Origin: a virus
IMG/VR virus record: IMGVR_UViG_3300037502_002729
Span: 43,343-107,342 of that record
Direction: 5' to 3' (one strand)
DNA length: 64,000 bases
Each line of letters begins with the position of its first letter. The first letter of the stretch is position 1. Both the position numbers and the translations under genes were made by a program. Of this stretch, positions 18,156 to 28,880 are shown piece by piece. Below the pieces are notes generated by a model. That model did no database searches. It was not told the DNA's origin and worked only from the letters and a program-made list of their open reading frames with translations.

Positions 18156-20012
18156 ATGGAGAGCAATAAAAATCAAAATTTAACAGTTTGGCAAAGGTTA
18201 TCTGCAACTTTTGGTCCAAATTCATTATTAAGTCAAGATGTTCCAACATATAAGTTTGACAAAAAAGAATTGTTAAGAACTCAAAATAAACTTGATTATG
18301 AAAGGGAACGTTTACAAGCACAACAATCATTCTACTTATCAAACCAATGGGCAAAAATTGACAATCATTTATATACACAAGCAGTTTACTATGAACCAAC
18401 AAGATTGGCCTCAGTTTATGATTTTGAATCAATGGAATTTACGCCAGAAATAGGTGCAGCATTGGATATATATGCAGAAGAGTCAACAACAACAGATGAA
18501 GATGGGCATATGTTGCAAATATATTCTGAATCAAAAAGAATAAAATCAGTATTGGCTGACTTATTCAATAACATTTTGGATATAAATACATCATTACCAA
18601 TGTGGACAAGAAATACTTGTAAGTTTGGTGATAATTTTGTCTTTTTAAAATTAGATCCTGAGAAAGGTATTGTTGGTTGTAATCAATTACCAAATATTGA
18701 GATTGAAAGATTAGAGCCAGGTAGTTCAGAAAAATCTCCAAATTATGGTGAAATGTCATCAAGCAATGAAACATTGAAATTTAAGTGGAAGAATAAACAA
18801 ATGGAATTCCAACCTTGGGAAATTGCACATTTTAGAATATTAGGTGATGATAGAAAATTACCATATGGAACATCATTATTGGAAAAAGCAAGACGTATAT
18901 GGAAACAACTTTTGTTGGCAGAAGATGCTATGTTGATTTATAGAACATCAAGAGCACCAGAAAGAAGGGTGTTTAAGGTGTTTGTTGGAAATATGGATGA
19001 TAATGATGTTGAAGCATATGTACAACGTGTTGCAAATAAATTTAAAAGGGAACAAATTGTTGATGGTAAAACAGGAAATGTTGATATGAGATTTAATCAA
19101 ATGGCTGTTGACCAAGATTATTTTGTTCCAGTTAGGGATCCAGGTCAAGTAAGTCCAATTGAAACTTTACCAGGTGGAACTAATTTAGGTGAAGTTGCTG
19201 ATATTGAATATATACAAAAGAAATTGGTAACAGCACTAAGAATTCCAAAAACATTTTTAGGGTTTGAAGATGTAGTTGGTGATGGTAAAACATTGTCATT
19301 ACAAGATATTAGATTTGCAAGAACCATAAATAGAATACAAAAATGTATGATATCTGAACTAAACAAGATTGCAATTATACATTTATTTTTGTTAGGGTTT
19401 GAAGATGAACTTTCAAATTTTACATTAGGTTTAACAAATCCATCAACTCAAGCAGATTTATTAAAAATTGATATATGGAAAGAAAAAATTGGTCTATATC
19501 AACAAGCAGTTGCTGATCCTGGAACAGGTATTGCCCCAACATCTACAACTTGGGCTAAAAAACATATTTTTGGTTGGTCAGATGAGGAAATTAGATTAGA
19601 TTTACAACAACAAAGAATTGAGAGAGCAGCTGGTGAAGAATTAAAACAAACACCATTAACTATAAAGAAAACTGGATTATTTGATAATATTGACAAATTA
19701 TATGGTGCAGTTAGTGGTACAACAACTGGTACACCACCACCACCTCCACCCCCAGGCGGAATGGATATGGGTGGAATGGATTTGGGTGGAATGGATATGG
19801 GGGCACCTCCACCTCCTCCAGCACCAGAATTAGGTGGTGGAGAAGCACTACCACCACCTGAACCTGGATTGGCTCCAGAGTCAAGAATACGTAATTTGAA
19901 TATTCTTCTTGAAAATAATACTATTGATAGTGGCGGTTATAAATCATTAGAAAAAAGTAGAAAATCTTTAGGTGTTATTGAGAAAGAATTAAAAAAGTTA
20001 TTAAACTTATAA
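18156..20012 (+). CDS. Portal protein (T4 gp20-like)
   Basis: LLLAEDAMLIYRTSRAPERRVFKVFVGN, DYFVPVR, IETLPGG.NLGE..DIEY. Confidence 0.95.
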   Translation: MESNKNQNLTVWQRLSATFGPNSLLSQDVPTYKFDKKELLRTQNKLDYERERLQAQQSFYLSNQWAKIDNHLYTQAVYYEPTRLASVYDFESMEFTPEIGAALDIYAEESTTTDEDGHMLQIYSESKRIKSVLADLFNNILDINTSLPMWTRNTCKFGDNFVFLKLDPEKGIVGCNQLPNIEIERLEPGSSEKSPNYGEMSSSNETLKFKWKNKQMEFQPWEIAHFRILGDDRKLPYGTSLLEKARRIWKQLLLAEDAMLIYRTSRAPERRVFKVFVGNMDDNDVEAYVQRVANKFKREQIVDGKTGNVDMRFNQMAVDQDYFVPVRDPGQVSPIETLPGGTNLGEVADIEYIQKKLVTALRIPKTFLGFEDVVGDGKTLSLQDIRFARTINRIQKCMISELNKIAIIHLFLLGFEDELSNFTLGLTNPSTQADLLKIDIWKEKIGLYQQAVADPGTGIAPTSTTWAKKHIFGWSDEEIRLDLQQQRIERAAGEELKQTPLTIKKTGLFDNIDKLYGAVSGTTTGTPPPPPPPGGMDMGGMDLGGMDMGAPPPPPAPELGGGEALPPPEPGLAPESRIRNLNILLENNTIDSGGYKSLEKSRKSLGVIEKELKKLLNL

Positions 20013-20034
20013 TATTTATAAAAAAAAGAAAAAT

Positions 20035-20739
20035 ATGAAATTTGGCAAATTAAAAACAACCATTGAGAATGATCTTTCAGAATCAATAAAAGATAGAAAG
20101 GTTTTTAAAGAAAATATTAAAAATTTTAAAAAGCATATATTAGGTGATAAAAATTTATCCAAACTATATGTTCTATATGGTGATTTATCTAAACCTAGGG
20201 GTTTGAATGAAGTTGATGCAAAAAATTACTTGGATGAAGGTATTGATTGGGCAAAAAAGTTGATAAAAAAATCAAAAACACCATTGATATTAAATGGTTC
20301 AAATAACAATAATTATGAAGACATTGATAAATTGGTTTACGAAACAATCAATAATATTGATGAGCAGATTAAGGTTAAAAATAGAATATTGGAGACAATA
20401 AAAAAACCATTAGTTACTAATGAAAATATTATTAATATACCAATAAAATCTATGGTTAAGATTGCAAATAACAAAATTAGTGAGTATATAAATACTCTAA
20501 ATGAGGAAACAAAAAAAGAAATATTAATACTTTTGAAAGAAGATAAAAATAAATTAAACTTGGATTTTAATCAATTAAAAGAAGATGTTAGTAAAAAATT
20601 AAATGATTTATTGATTACTGAAAAGAATAGTGATGTTAGTTCAAAAATACTAAAAGCATTAGAAAAAGTTAATTCTGATAAATTTGATATATTAAATTAT
20701 TATGAATTAAAAACATTAAATAAGTCTTTAAATAGTTAA
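20035..20739 (+). CDS. Hypothetical head-module protein
   Basis: ORF between the portal and protease genes. Confidence 0.8.
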   Translation: MKFGKLKTTIENDLSESIKDRKVFKENIKNFKKHILGDKNLSKLYVLYGDLSKPRGLNEVDAKNYLDEGIDWAKKLIKKSKTPLILNGSNNNNYEDIDKLVYETINNIDEQIKVKNRILETIKKPLVTNENIINIPIKSMVKIANNKISEYINTLNEETKKEILILLKEDKNKLNLDFNQLKEDVSKKLNDLLITEKNSDVSSKILKALEKVNSDKFDILNYYELKTLNKSLNS

Positions 20740-20798
20740 TTATAATTTGATAATTATATTGTTTTTATTTATATTTTGATATAAATAACAAACAATAC

Positions 20799-21239
20799 AT
20801 GAAAAATGGAAAAAAAGTTAAACTTAAATTATTTAATGAGTTAAAAATATTTTATGGGACAATTGACCACATTGAACTAAAATCAATATATATCAATATT
20901 CAATCATGGATTAAACCAAAGAATGAAAATGATAATTGGAAAAAAATAATATGCACACAATCAAGGGAAATTAAACATACAATATTAGATGCTAATGATT
21001 TGAATTTGTTTCATAAATCAACAATAGTTGATTTGGATGTTAGATATAGTGGTATTAATTTAGATAAAAAATCATTTATGAACCTTGAAATAACCCTATT
21101 TGCTAAGAATGGGGTTTCTTTTAAATCCCCTGAATTAAAAGAATTTGTTAAAAAAATGATTAGGCATATTTATGCAAAAAACTTATCAAAAAACAAATAT
21201 TTTGATTTTTATTTAACAAAAAAAGAATTAACTGTTTAA
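20799..21239 (+). CDS. Hypothetical protein
   Basis: Clean ORF. Confidence 0.75.
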   Translation: MKNGKKVKLKLFNELKIFYGTIDHIELKSIYINIQSWIKPKNENDNWKKIICTQSREIKHTILDANDLNLFHKSTIVDLDVRYSGINLDKKSFMNLEITLFAKNGVSFKSPELKEFVKKMIRHIYAKNLSKNKYFDFYLTKKELTV

Positions 21240-21276
21240 AATAAAATATTTTAATATTTATATATTAAAATATAAT

Positions 21277-21978
21277 ATGAAAGATTTAAGAATTCTTGAA
21301 GCCAATGAAATAGGGCATGGTATTCTAATTGAAATGGATGCTGGGTGGGTTAATCCAAAAGATGAGTTGAACCTTGATTTAATAAGAGAAAATAAGAAAT
21401 TAGATTATAGCAAACCTTTTGAGTTTTATGCTGTTTTGCAAAAACATGATGTTCCAAATAGGAATGGCAGAACATATCCTGAAAAGATATTAAAGAGGGA
21501 AGCAGAAAGATATAAAAAGATTATTGAAAAAGGTTTATCAACATCAGAATTAAACCACCCAGAATCATCCCTTATTGACTTGGATAGGGTTTCCCATTTA
21601 ATTACAGATGTTTGGTGGGATAGCAATATCCTAATGGGGAAGTTATTGTTATTGACCTCTCCTGCCTTCCATGAGAGGGGCATAGTTTCAACCAAAGGAG
21701 ATATTGCAGCAAACCTAATGAGGCAAGGAGTAAGCCTTGGAATTAGTTCTAGGGGGGTTGGATCATTAAAGAAAGTTGGGGAGAAAAATGAGGTTCAAGA
21801 TGACTTTGAACTTATTTGTTTTGATTTGGTTTCATCACCATCAACGCCAGGGGCATATCTATTCTCAAACAAGGAAGATAGACATAAGTATGATGAAAAA
21901 TTGGAAGAGGAAAAGAAAATTGAACCAGTTAGTAATGTATTAAAATTAATGTCTAAACTTGATAGTTATTTAAAATAA
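21277..21978 (+). CDS. Prohead core protease (T4 gp21-like)
   Basis: NRNGRTYP, ELNHP, VSH.I, GISSRGVGSL, FDLVSSPSTPGAY. Confidence 0.93.
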   Translation: MKDLRILEANEIGHGILIEMDAGWVNPKDELNLDLIRENKKLDYSKPFEFYAVLQKHDVPNRNGRTYPEKILKREAERYKKIIEKGLSTSELNHPESSLIDLDRVSHLITDVWWDSNILMGKLLLLTSPAFHERGIVSTKGDIAANLMRQGVSLGISSRGVGSLKKVGEKNEVQDDFELICFDLVSSPSTPGAYLFSNKEDRHKYDEKLEEEKKIEPVSNVLKLMSKLDSYLK

Positions 21979-21991
21979 AATTTAAAATAAA

Positions 21992-22771
21992 ATGCAAATA
22001 GGACAATTAAAAAGAATAATTGATTTCTTAGAAAATAAAGAAGGAAAAACACCTAAAGACAAAGGTAATTTAAGATGGAAAATGGTATTTAATGAACCAT
22101 TTACAAAAAAAGAATTAAATATTAAAGATGATTTGTATTTAAATTTTTCAAATATAAGGTCATTACCAGAAGGATTTAAAGTTTGGGGTGATATAAATTT
22201 GGCTAAATCCCATATAGAATCATTACCAGAAGGATTGAAAGTTGGGGGTAGTTTGCGTTTGGGTTATACAAATATTGCCTCACTCCCAAAAGGTTTGAAA
22301 GTTGGGGGTGATTTGGAATTGCTTGAAACAAACATAACTTCACTCCCAGAAGATTTGAAATTTGGTGGTAATTTGGATTTATCAGGCTCTAAAATAATGT
22401 CATTACCAGATAATTTATATATTAGGGGTAATTTAGGTTTAGTTAGATGTGAAAATTTAACTTCATTACCAAATGGATTAAAAGTTGCTGGTAATTTGAA
22501 ATTAACCTTTGCAAAAATAAATTCATTACCATATGATTTACAAGTTGGTAATTATTTGGATTTATCATATACTAACATAACCTCATTACCACAAGGCTTG
22601 AAAGTTGGAGGTAGATTCAATGTGTCAAATACAAATATTGAATCCTTACCAAAAGGATTGAAAGTTGGTGAAAATTTACTTATTTACAGGTCAAATTTGA
22701 AAAAATATACTGATGAAGAATTAAGAGAAATGGTTAAACCAGGTTTTATAAAAGGAGAAATATTTAGATAA
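21992..22771 (+). CDS. LRR-like repeat family paralog 4 (array 2; 9 modules)
   Basis: 20-aa modules between conserved caps. Confidence 0.9.
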   Translation: MQIGQLKRIIDFLENKEGKTPKDKGNLRWKMVFNEPFTKKELNIKDDLYLNFSNIRSLPEGFKVWGDINLAKSHIESLPEGLKVGGSLRLGYTNIASLPKGLKVGGDLELLETNITSLPEDLKFGGNLDLSGSKIMSLPDNLYIRGNLGLVRCENLTSLPNGLKVAGNLKLTFAKINSLPYDLQVGNYLDLSYTNITSLPQGLKVGGRFNVSNTNIESLPKGLKVGENLLIYRSNLKKYTDEELREMVKPGFIKGEIFR

Positions 22772-22823
22772 TGAATTAAGAGAAATGGTAAAACCAGATG
22801 GTTATGTAGGTAAAATATATTAA
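22767..22823 (+). pseudogene. Orphan C-cap remnant of a deleted LRR-like paralog
   Basis: Reads DNELREMVKPDGYVGKIY* with no N-cap or modules, directly after the stop of paralog 4. Confidence 0.75.
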
Positions 22824-22824
22824 A

Positions 22825-23415
22825 ATGGAAAAAGAAACACTAAAAAGAATATTTCAATTCCTTGAAGAAAAGGAAGAACATAGTGCACCATTATTATGGA
22901 AACATAAAAATAATATGCAAATAACAAAAGAAGAGTTGAATTTTAAAGGTGACTTACATTTAGAAAATTCACCAATAACCTCCTTGCCAGATGGGTTGAA
23001 AGTTGAGGGTGATTTGATGTTAACCTTTTCAAAAATAGCCTCATTACCAGATGATTTGCAAGTTGGGGGTGATTTAAATATAATTGGTTGTGAAGCCATA
23101 ACCTCATTACCAAAAGGATTAAAAGTTGGCAAAGGCATACAATTATATGCAAAAAGAATAGTTTCCATTGGGGAAGGATTATTTGTTAATGGAGATTTAA
23201 ATTTATTTAATAGTCAAATAAAATCATTACCCCAAGGTGTTAAAATTGTGGGGGAGTTAGTTTTATCCTTTACAAAAATAGAAACATTACCAAAAGGTTT
23301 GATAGTTAAAGGTGGTTTGGAGATTTCTGGATCACCATTAGAAAAATATTCAAATAGACAATTAAGAAAAATGGTTGAACCTGGATTTATAAATGGTCCA
23401 ATAGTTAGAGATTAG
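22825..23415 (+). CDS. LRR-like repeat family paralog 5 (array 2; 6 modules)
   Basis: Same cap-module-cap architecture. Confidence 0.9.
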   Translation: MEKETLKRIFQFLEEKEEHSAPLLWKHKNNMQITKEELNFKGDLHLENSPITSLPDGLKVEGDLMLTFSKIASLPDDLQVGGDLNIIGCEAITSLPKGLKVGKGIQLYAKRIVSIGEGLFVNGDLNLFNSQIKSLPQGVKIVGELVLSFTKIETLPKGLIVKGGLEISGSPLEKYSNRQLRKMVEPGFINGPIVRD

Positions 23416-23418
23416 ATA

Positions 23419-23892
23419 ATGGAAAAAGAGAAGTTAAAAAGAATATTTGAGTTCCTTGAAGATAAGGAAAATCTAAACCCCCCATTCTTGTGGAAATGGA
23501 AAAATAATATACCATTAATAGAAGAAGATTCAAATGTTAAAGGTGATTTGAATTTAGCATTTTCAAAAATAAGATTTTTACCAGAAGGTTTGAAAGTTGC
23601 TGGTGATTTGGATTTGCAAGATTCATATGTGAAATCATTACCAAAAGGATTGGAAGTTGGTGGTGTTTTGAATTTAATAGGTACTTATATGACAACATTA
23701 CCAGAAGGATTGAAAGTTGGGGGTAGTTTGAATATAGCACATTCAACTATATTATCACTACCAAAAGGATTGGAAGTTGGAGGTGATTTATATATTAATG
23801 GCACAAAATTAACAAAATATACAAAAAACCAATTAAGAGAAATGGTTAAACCTGGATTTATAAAAGGAAAAATATATACAGGATATGAATAA
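23419..23892 (+). CDS. LRR-like repeat family paralog 6 (array 2; 4 modules)
   Basis: Same architecture. Confidence 0.9.
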   Translation: MEKEKLKRIFEFLEDKENLNPPFLWKWKNNIPLIEEDSNVKGDLNLAFSKIRFLPEGLKVAGDLDLQDSYVKSLPKGLEVGGVLNLIGTYMTTLPEGLKVGGSLNIAHSTILSLPKGLEVGGDLYINGTKLTKYTKNQLREMVKPGFIKGKIYTGYE

Positions 23893-24544
23893 AGAATCTC
23901 TAAAAAGGATATTTGATTTCCTTGAAGCCCAAGAGAATAAAACACCCAATTCCAAAGGAAACCTTAGATGGAAATTAATTTTCAATGAACCATTAACAGA
24001 AGAAGAATTGACTGTTGATGGTGATTTGAATTTAAATAATACACCCTTAACCTCATTACCAAAAGGATTAAAAGTTAGGGGTTATTTGAGTTTATCAAAC
24101 ACAAAAATAACCTCATTACCAGAAGATTTGAAAGTTGTTGGTAGTCTATATTTGGATCATAGCTTTATAAAATCATTACCAAAGGGATTAAAATTTGGGG
24201 GTGATTTTCATTTAGCACATTCTAAAATAACCTCATTACCAGAAGGATTGAAAGTTAATCATAGCTTGTATTTAAATGATTGTGAAGATTTAATCTCACT
24301 ACCAAAAGGATTAAAAGTTGGTGGTTGGTTGAAATTACCAAATACAAAGATAACCTCATTACCAGAAGACTTGGAGGTTGGTGGATCTTTGAATTTACGT
24401 TTTTGCACAGAATTAACTTCATTACCAAAAGGATTGAAAGTTGGTGGTGATTTGTATATTCGTGGAGCGTATTTATCAAAATATACAGATGAAGAATTAA
24501 GAGAAATGATTAAACCTGGATTTATAAAAGGAGAAATATATTGA
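23885..24544 (+). CDS. LRR-like repeat family paralog 7 (array 2; 7 modules)
   Basis: Same architecture; shares the KTP..KGNLRWK N-cap type with paralog 4. Confidence 0.9.
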   Translation: MNKESLKRIFDFLEAQENKTPNSKGNLRWKLIFNEPLTEEELTVDGDLNLNNTPLTSLPKGLKVRGYLSLSNTKITSLPEDLKVVGSLYLDHSFIKSLPKGLKFGGDFHLAHSKITSLPEGLKVNHSLYLNDCEDLISLPKGLKVGGWLKLPNTKITSLPEDLEVGGSLNLRFCTELTSLPKGLKVGGDLYIRGAYLSKYTDEELREMIKPGFIKGEIY

Positions 24545-24546
24545 TA

Positions 24547-25011
24547 ATGGAAAAAGAGAAGTTAAAAAGAATATTTGAGTTTCTTGAAGAGAAGGGAGAA
24601 CATAGATTACCACTTAAATGGAAATTAATAAATAATATATCATTAATAGAAGATGATTTAAATGTTAAAGGTGATTTAGACTTTTCATATTTAGATATAG
24701 CCTCATTACCAGAAGGATTGAAAGTTGTAGGTGATTTATCTTTAAGAGGTTCAAAAATAATCTCACTACCAGAAGGATTAGAAGTTGGTGGTGATTTGAT
24801 GTTATATAAATCAGCAATTGAATCATTGCCAAAAGATTTGATAGTTGGGGGTGGTTTGAGTGTAGCATATTCAAGTATATTCTCACTACCAAAAGGATTG
24901 GAAGTTGGAGGTGATTTATATATTCATGGAACAGATTTAACAAAATATACAAAACGACAATTAAGAGAAATGATAAAACCAGGTTTTATAAAAGGTAGAA
25001 TATATGACTAA
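24547..25011 (+). CDS. LRR-like repeat family paralog 8 (array 2; 4 modules)
   Basis: Same architecture; C-terminal part is near-identical to paralog 6. Confidence 0.9.
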   Translation: MEKEKLKRIFEFLEEKGEHRLPLKWKLINNISLIEDDLNVKGDLDFSYLDIASLPEGLKVVGDLSLRGSKIISLPEGLEVGGDLMLYKSAIESLPKDLIVGGGLSVAYSSIFSLPKGLEVGGDLYIHGTDLTKYTKRQLREMIKPGFIKGRIYD

Positions 25012-25094
25012 CAGAAATACAAAAACTAAAAATAATATTTGATTTAAACTAAAAAAATAACTATATTTACACAAACAAATAAAAAACAATACCT

Positions 25095-25304
25095 ATGGAT
25101 GAAAAATTCTTTGTTGCAAAACTAACTTTTAATTTACCAGATGAAAACACTGGCAAATTAAAAAAAATAAGAGAAGAAAAATTGGTGAAGGGTTATTCTG
25201 TAACAGATGTGGAAGCCAAAATAACTGAAAAGTATCAAAATTTCACACAAGAATGGAGAATAACTGCTGTGTCTGAATCAAAAATTGATGAAGTTTTCCA
25301 ATAA
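25095..25304 (+). CDS. Small protein, DUF4494-like
   Basis: FVAKL...TGKLKKIREEKLVKGYSVTDVEAKI resembles Bacteroidota-phage DUF4494 proteins (recalled, not searched). Confidence 0.55.
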   Translation: MDEKFFVAKLTFNLPDENTGKLKKIREEKLVKGYSVTDVEAKITEKYQNFTQEWRITAVSESKIDEVFQ

Positions 25305-25325
25305 AAACTAATTGTTTTTCCTTTT

Positions 25326-25357
25326 AAACCCCTAGCATTTTATGTTGGGGGTTTTTT
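25326..25357 (+). terminator. Intrinsic terminator
   Basis: AAACCCCTAGCAT-ttt-ATGTTGGGGGTTTTTT. Confidence 0.75.
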
Positions 25358-25432
25358 GTTTTTAAAAAAAAATACTACTAATTAGTATTTTTTTGCATTT
25401 GCATATATTTATAATAAAAATAAATAAAAATT

Positions 25433-27028
25433 ATGCAACCTGAAAAAAATTTAGTAGAAGAAGCACTAATTCAAATGAAACAAATTGAAGATGTGCTTTC
25501 AGAAAATGCAAAAGGAATACTTTCTTCAACAATGAAGGAAGAAATCGAAGAATTGGTTAAGGAATCTTTAAATGAGCAAGAAGATATTGAAGATGATGAC
25601 ACTAATTTAGATATGGAAGATGATGTAGAAGATATGGAGGATGAAATGGATATAGAGGATGAAGATGAACTAGATATAGAGGATGAGGATGAAATGGATA
25701 TGGAAGATGACAATGATGTCATTGACATGAGGGGATCTTCAGAACAAGAATTATTAAAAGTATTTAAAGCAATGGATGATGAAGATGGTATTATTGTTAG
25801 TAAAGATGGTGATGACATTTCTTTAACTGATGATGATAATGAATATTTAATAAGATTGGGTGAACAAATAAGTGAGTTTGGTGATGAGGATTATGAAGAT
25901 GAGGATGAAATGGAAATGGATTTTGAAGATGAGGATGAAATGGAAATGGATTTTGAAGATGAGGATGAAATGGATATGGGTTTTGAAGATGAAATGGAAA
26001 TGGATGGTGATTATGATGATGAAATGGGTGAAATGTATGAAGATGACACTCAATCAACCATTGATAAAATTTTTGAAAGAACTAATACCAAAAAATCTAA
26101 TATCATTTATGAAATTGAAGTAGATGAGCAAATTGATTTGGATGATGAAGATGAGTTTGATATGGAAGATGATATGGATATGGAAAATGATATGGATATG
26201 GAAGATGATTTAAACAACATTGAAGTTGATTGTGATAATTTTTCAGTTAGTGATTTCATAAAAGAACATGGAATTAAAGACGCTTCAAAAATATTAAAAG
26301 TATTAGAAAATAATGGATGCGTAGCAAGTAAAGGTGAAACATCAGAAGATTATAATTATTTAGGTGAGGCTAAAAAGGCTTCCAAATTTAAGTATAATAT
26401 GCCTAAAAATGGTTTTAATGAAAAAATGAAAGAAGGTCCTAAAAAAATGGGGACAGGAAAAGCTAAGTTTAACTATGATAAATCTGCTGCAAATGTTGAT
26501 GGTAAGATGAAAAAAGTTAATACTGGTAAAAAACAAGAAACCAAAGAAGCATCAAGAACTTATGGTATGGGAAGCAAAGCAGGTAGAGGCCTTAGAAAAG
26601 GTATAACACCAAATAGAAACATTACATATGAATCCCTAGAAGCAGAAATTTCTCAATTAAAACAAAAAAATAATGAATATAAAAAATCATTAAATGTATT
26701 TAGGGATAAATTAAATGAAGTTGCTGTGTTTAATGCAAATTTAGCATATGCAACAAGATTGTTCACTGAACACTCAACAACTAAAAAAGAAAAAATAAAC
26801 ATTTTGAGACGTTTTGATAATGTTCAATCACTACAAGAATCAAAACAATTGTTTAATGCAATAAATAGTGAATTGTCAAAAGAAACAAATACGTCTTTAA
26901 ATGAGTCTGTTAATCGCAAAATTTCAAATGTTGCATCAACAGGTTCATCTGCTAACTTGATTGAATCCAAGACTTATGAAAATCCTCAATTTTTGAGAAT
27001 GAAAGATTTAATGGGTAAATTAGGTTAA
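25433..27028 (+). CDS. Putative prohead scaffolding/core protein (very acidic, C-terminal coiled coil)
   Basis: Directly upstream of the major capsid gene; D/E/M-rich; many L/I-x-E sites. Confidence 0.7.
   Translation: MQPEKNLVEEALIQMKQIEDVLSENAKGILSSTMKEEIEELVKESLNEQEDIEDDDTNLDMEDDVEDMEDEMDIEDEDELDIEDEDEMDMEDDNDVIDMRGSSEQELLKVFKAMDDEDGIIVSKDGDDISLTDDDNEYLIRLGEQISEFGDEDYEDEDEMEMDFEDEDEMEMDFEDEDEMDMGFEDEMEMDGDYDDEMGEMYEDDTQSTIDKIFERTNTKKSNIIYEIEVDEQIDLDDEDEFDMEDDMDMENDMDMEDDLNNIEVDCDNFSVSDFIKEHGIKDASKILKVLENNGCVASKGETSEDYNYLGEAKKASKFKYNMPKNGFNEKMKEGPKKMGTGKAKFNYDKSAANVDGKMKKVNTGKKQETKEASRTYGMGSKAGRGLRKGITPNRNITYESLEAEISQLKQKNNEYKKSLNVFRDKLNEVAVFNANLAYATRLFTEHSTTKKEKINILRRFDNVQSLQESKQLFNAINSELSKETNTSLNESVNRKISNVASTGSSANLIESKTYENPQFLRMKDLMGKLG
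25891..26004 (+). repeat. 30-bp in-frame tandem repeat (FEDEDEMEMD)
   Basis: About 3.5 copies of TTTTGAAGATGAGGATGAAATGGAAATGGA. Confidence 0.85.
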
Positions 27029-27055
27029 AAAATAAATAAAAAAATAAATAAAAAA

Positions 27056-28828
27056 ATGGGAGCATTATTAGAATCAGGTCTTGTTGGTAATATTGGGTTA
27101 AAACACCTAAAAGTTATCAAAGAAGATACTATTAACAAATGGAATAAATTAGGATTCCTTGAAGGTCTTAAAGGCCACCTAAAAGAGAATGTTGCACAGT
27201 TGTATGAAAACCAAGCATCATATCTTATCAATGAAGCTGCTAGTACATCTGATACTGGTGCATTTGAAACAGTTGTTTTCCCAATTGTGAGGAGAGTATT
27301 CTCTAAATTATTGGCTAATGATATTGTTTCTGTACAAGCAATGAACTTACCTATTGGTAAATTGTTCTTCTTTGTGCCACAAATTCAAGAATATAATGGT
27401 ACAGAGCATTGGGCACCTTATGGTTCACCAAATGCTGTAGATGGTCAAACTCCAAGTACTGGTTATACATCAACAGCAAAAAATCTATATGATAGATTTT
27501 ATGAGGGTACTGAGCCAGGTTTAAATCCAGAAGGACTTTATGATTATTCAAGAGGTCAATATAGTGAAATAACTGCAAGTGCAACAACTGTTATATGGAG
27601 TGATGGTCAATTAATCCCAGGTGAATATTCTGGTAATAATAGAAAAGTTTTATTAGTTATGTCAGGTTTTTCTAGTGATGGTGCTGGAAAATTGATTGGA
27701 CCCGAAGGTCAACCAATGGATACAGAAACATTCTTAGCTAGTTTACAAGTGTTAGGTGTTACAGGAAATGCAACAACATCAGCTAATACATCAAATCCAT
27801 ATTTATTTAGAGTTGTTACTCAAAAATATGGAAAAGGTATTGTTCAATATGGTGCAGATAATACATTAGCTTTCCCTGGTTCTAAAACAGCTGGTGGAAC
27901 ATTCTATGATGTTTGTGATTCTGTTGGTCATATATACTTAGAAGTTGATTTACAAGTACCAGTTGAAATTGGTCAAACTTCACTTGATGGTTATACTGGT
28001 TCAACAATTACATCAACAACTGCTGCAGGTAATGCTTTTGTTACAAAATATAAAATTTATAAGAATTTAGAATTTGAAGATAAAATTGGTGAGGTTTCTT
28101 TTGATTTACAATCTGTTACAGTTTCTGTGACTGAAAGAAAATTAAGAGCTCAATGGTCACCAGAAATGGCACAAGATGTTGCTGCATTCCACAATATTGA
28201 TGCTGAAGCAGAATTAACTGCTTTATTGTCAGAGCAAATTGCAGCTGAAGTTGATAGAGAAATTCTTCGTGATCTTAGAAAAGGTGCTGCTTGGAACTTA
28301 CGTTGGGATTATAATGGATGGAGAAAACTTGGTTCTGCTGCAATTCCTTATACTCAAAAAGATTGGAATCAAACATTGATTACAACAATCAACCAAGTAT
28401 CAGCACAAATTCACAAATCAACACTAAGAGGTGGTGCAAACTGGATTGTTGTTTCTTCTGAAGTAAGTGCAGTTTTTGATGATTTGGAATACTTCCACGT
28501 ATCAAATGCTTCACCAGAGCAAGACCAATACAATATGGGTATTGAAAGAGTTGGTACATTAGCTGGTCGTTACCAAGTGTATCGTGATCCTTACTTCCCA
28601 GCAAACCAAATTTTGATGGGACACAAAGGAACATCTTTACTTGACACAGGTTATATCTATGCGCCTTATGTACCTCTACAATTAACTCCAACAATGTATA
28701 ACCCATTCAACTTTACACCAATTAAAGGTATAATGACAAGATATGCTAAAAAGATGGTTAATAACCGTTTCTATGGCCGTATCACAGTTGATGGTGTTAG
28801 AACATTTGACTTAAGAGAGTTAAGATAA
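27056..28828 (+). CDS. Major capsid protein (T4 gp23-like)
   Basis: FPIVRRVF..L.ANDIVSVQAM, RKLRAQWSPEMAQD, GYIYAPYVPL, FTPIKGIMTRY. Confidence 0.97.
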   Translation: MGALLESGLVGNIGLKHLKVIKEDTINKWNKLGFLEGLKGHLKENVAQLYENQASYLINEAASTSDTGAFETVVFPIVRRVFSKLLANDIVSVQAMNLPIGKLFFFVPQIQEYNGTEHWAPYGSPNAVDGQTPSTGYTSTAKNLYDRFYEGTEPGLNPEGLYDYSRGQYSEITASATTVIWSDGQLIPGEYSGNNRKVLLVMSGFSSDGAGKLIGPEGQPMDTETFLASLQVLGVTGNATTSANTSNPYLFRVVTQKYGKGIVQYGADNTLAFPGSKTAGGTFYDVCDSVGHIYLEVDLQVPVEIGQTSLDGYTGSTITSTTAAGNAFVTKYKIYKNLEFEDKIGEVSFDLQSVTVSVTERKLRAQWSPEMAQDVAAFHNIDAEAELTALLSEQIAAEVDREILRDLRKGAAWNLRWDYNGWRKLGSAAIPYTQKDWNQTLITTINQVSAQIHKSTLRGGANWIVVSSEVSAVFDDLEYFHVSNASPEQDQYNMGIERVGTLAGRYQVYRDPYFPANQILMGHKGTSLLDTGYIYAPYVPLQLTPTMYNPFNFTPIKGIMTRYAKKMVNNRFYGRITVDGVRTFDLRELR

Positions 28829-28880
28829 TTAAAATGTCCACTTTTTTTACTAAAAAACTGGACATTTTAAAGGATAATAG

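Noticed and set aside
16393-28828. Introns or inteins in the terminase, portal or capsid genes
   Set aside because: The ORFs are continuous and of normal size, with no intein or homing-endonuclease motifs seen.
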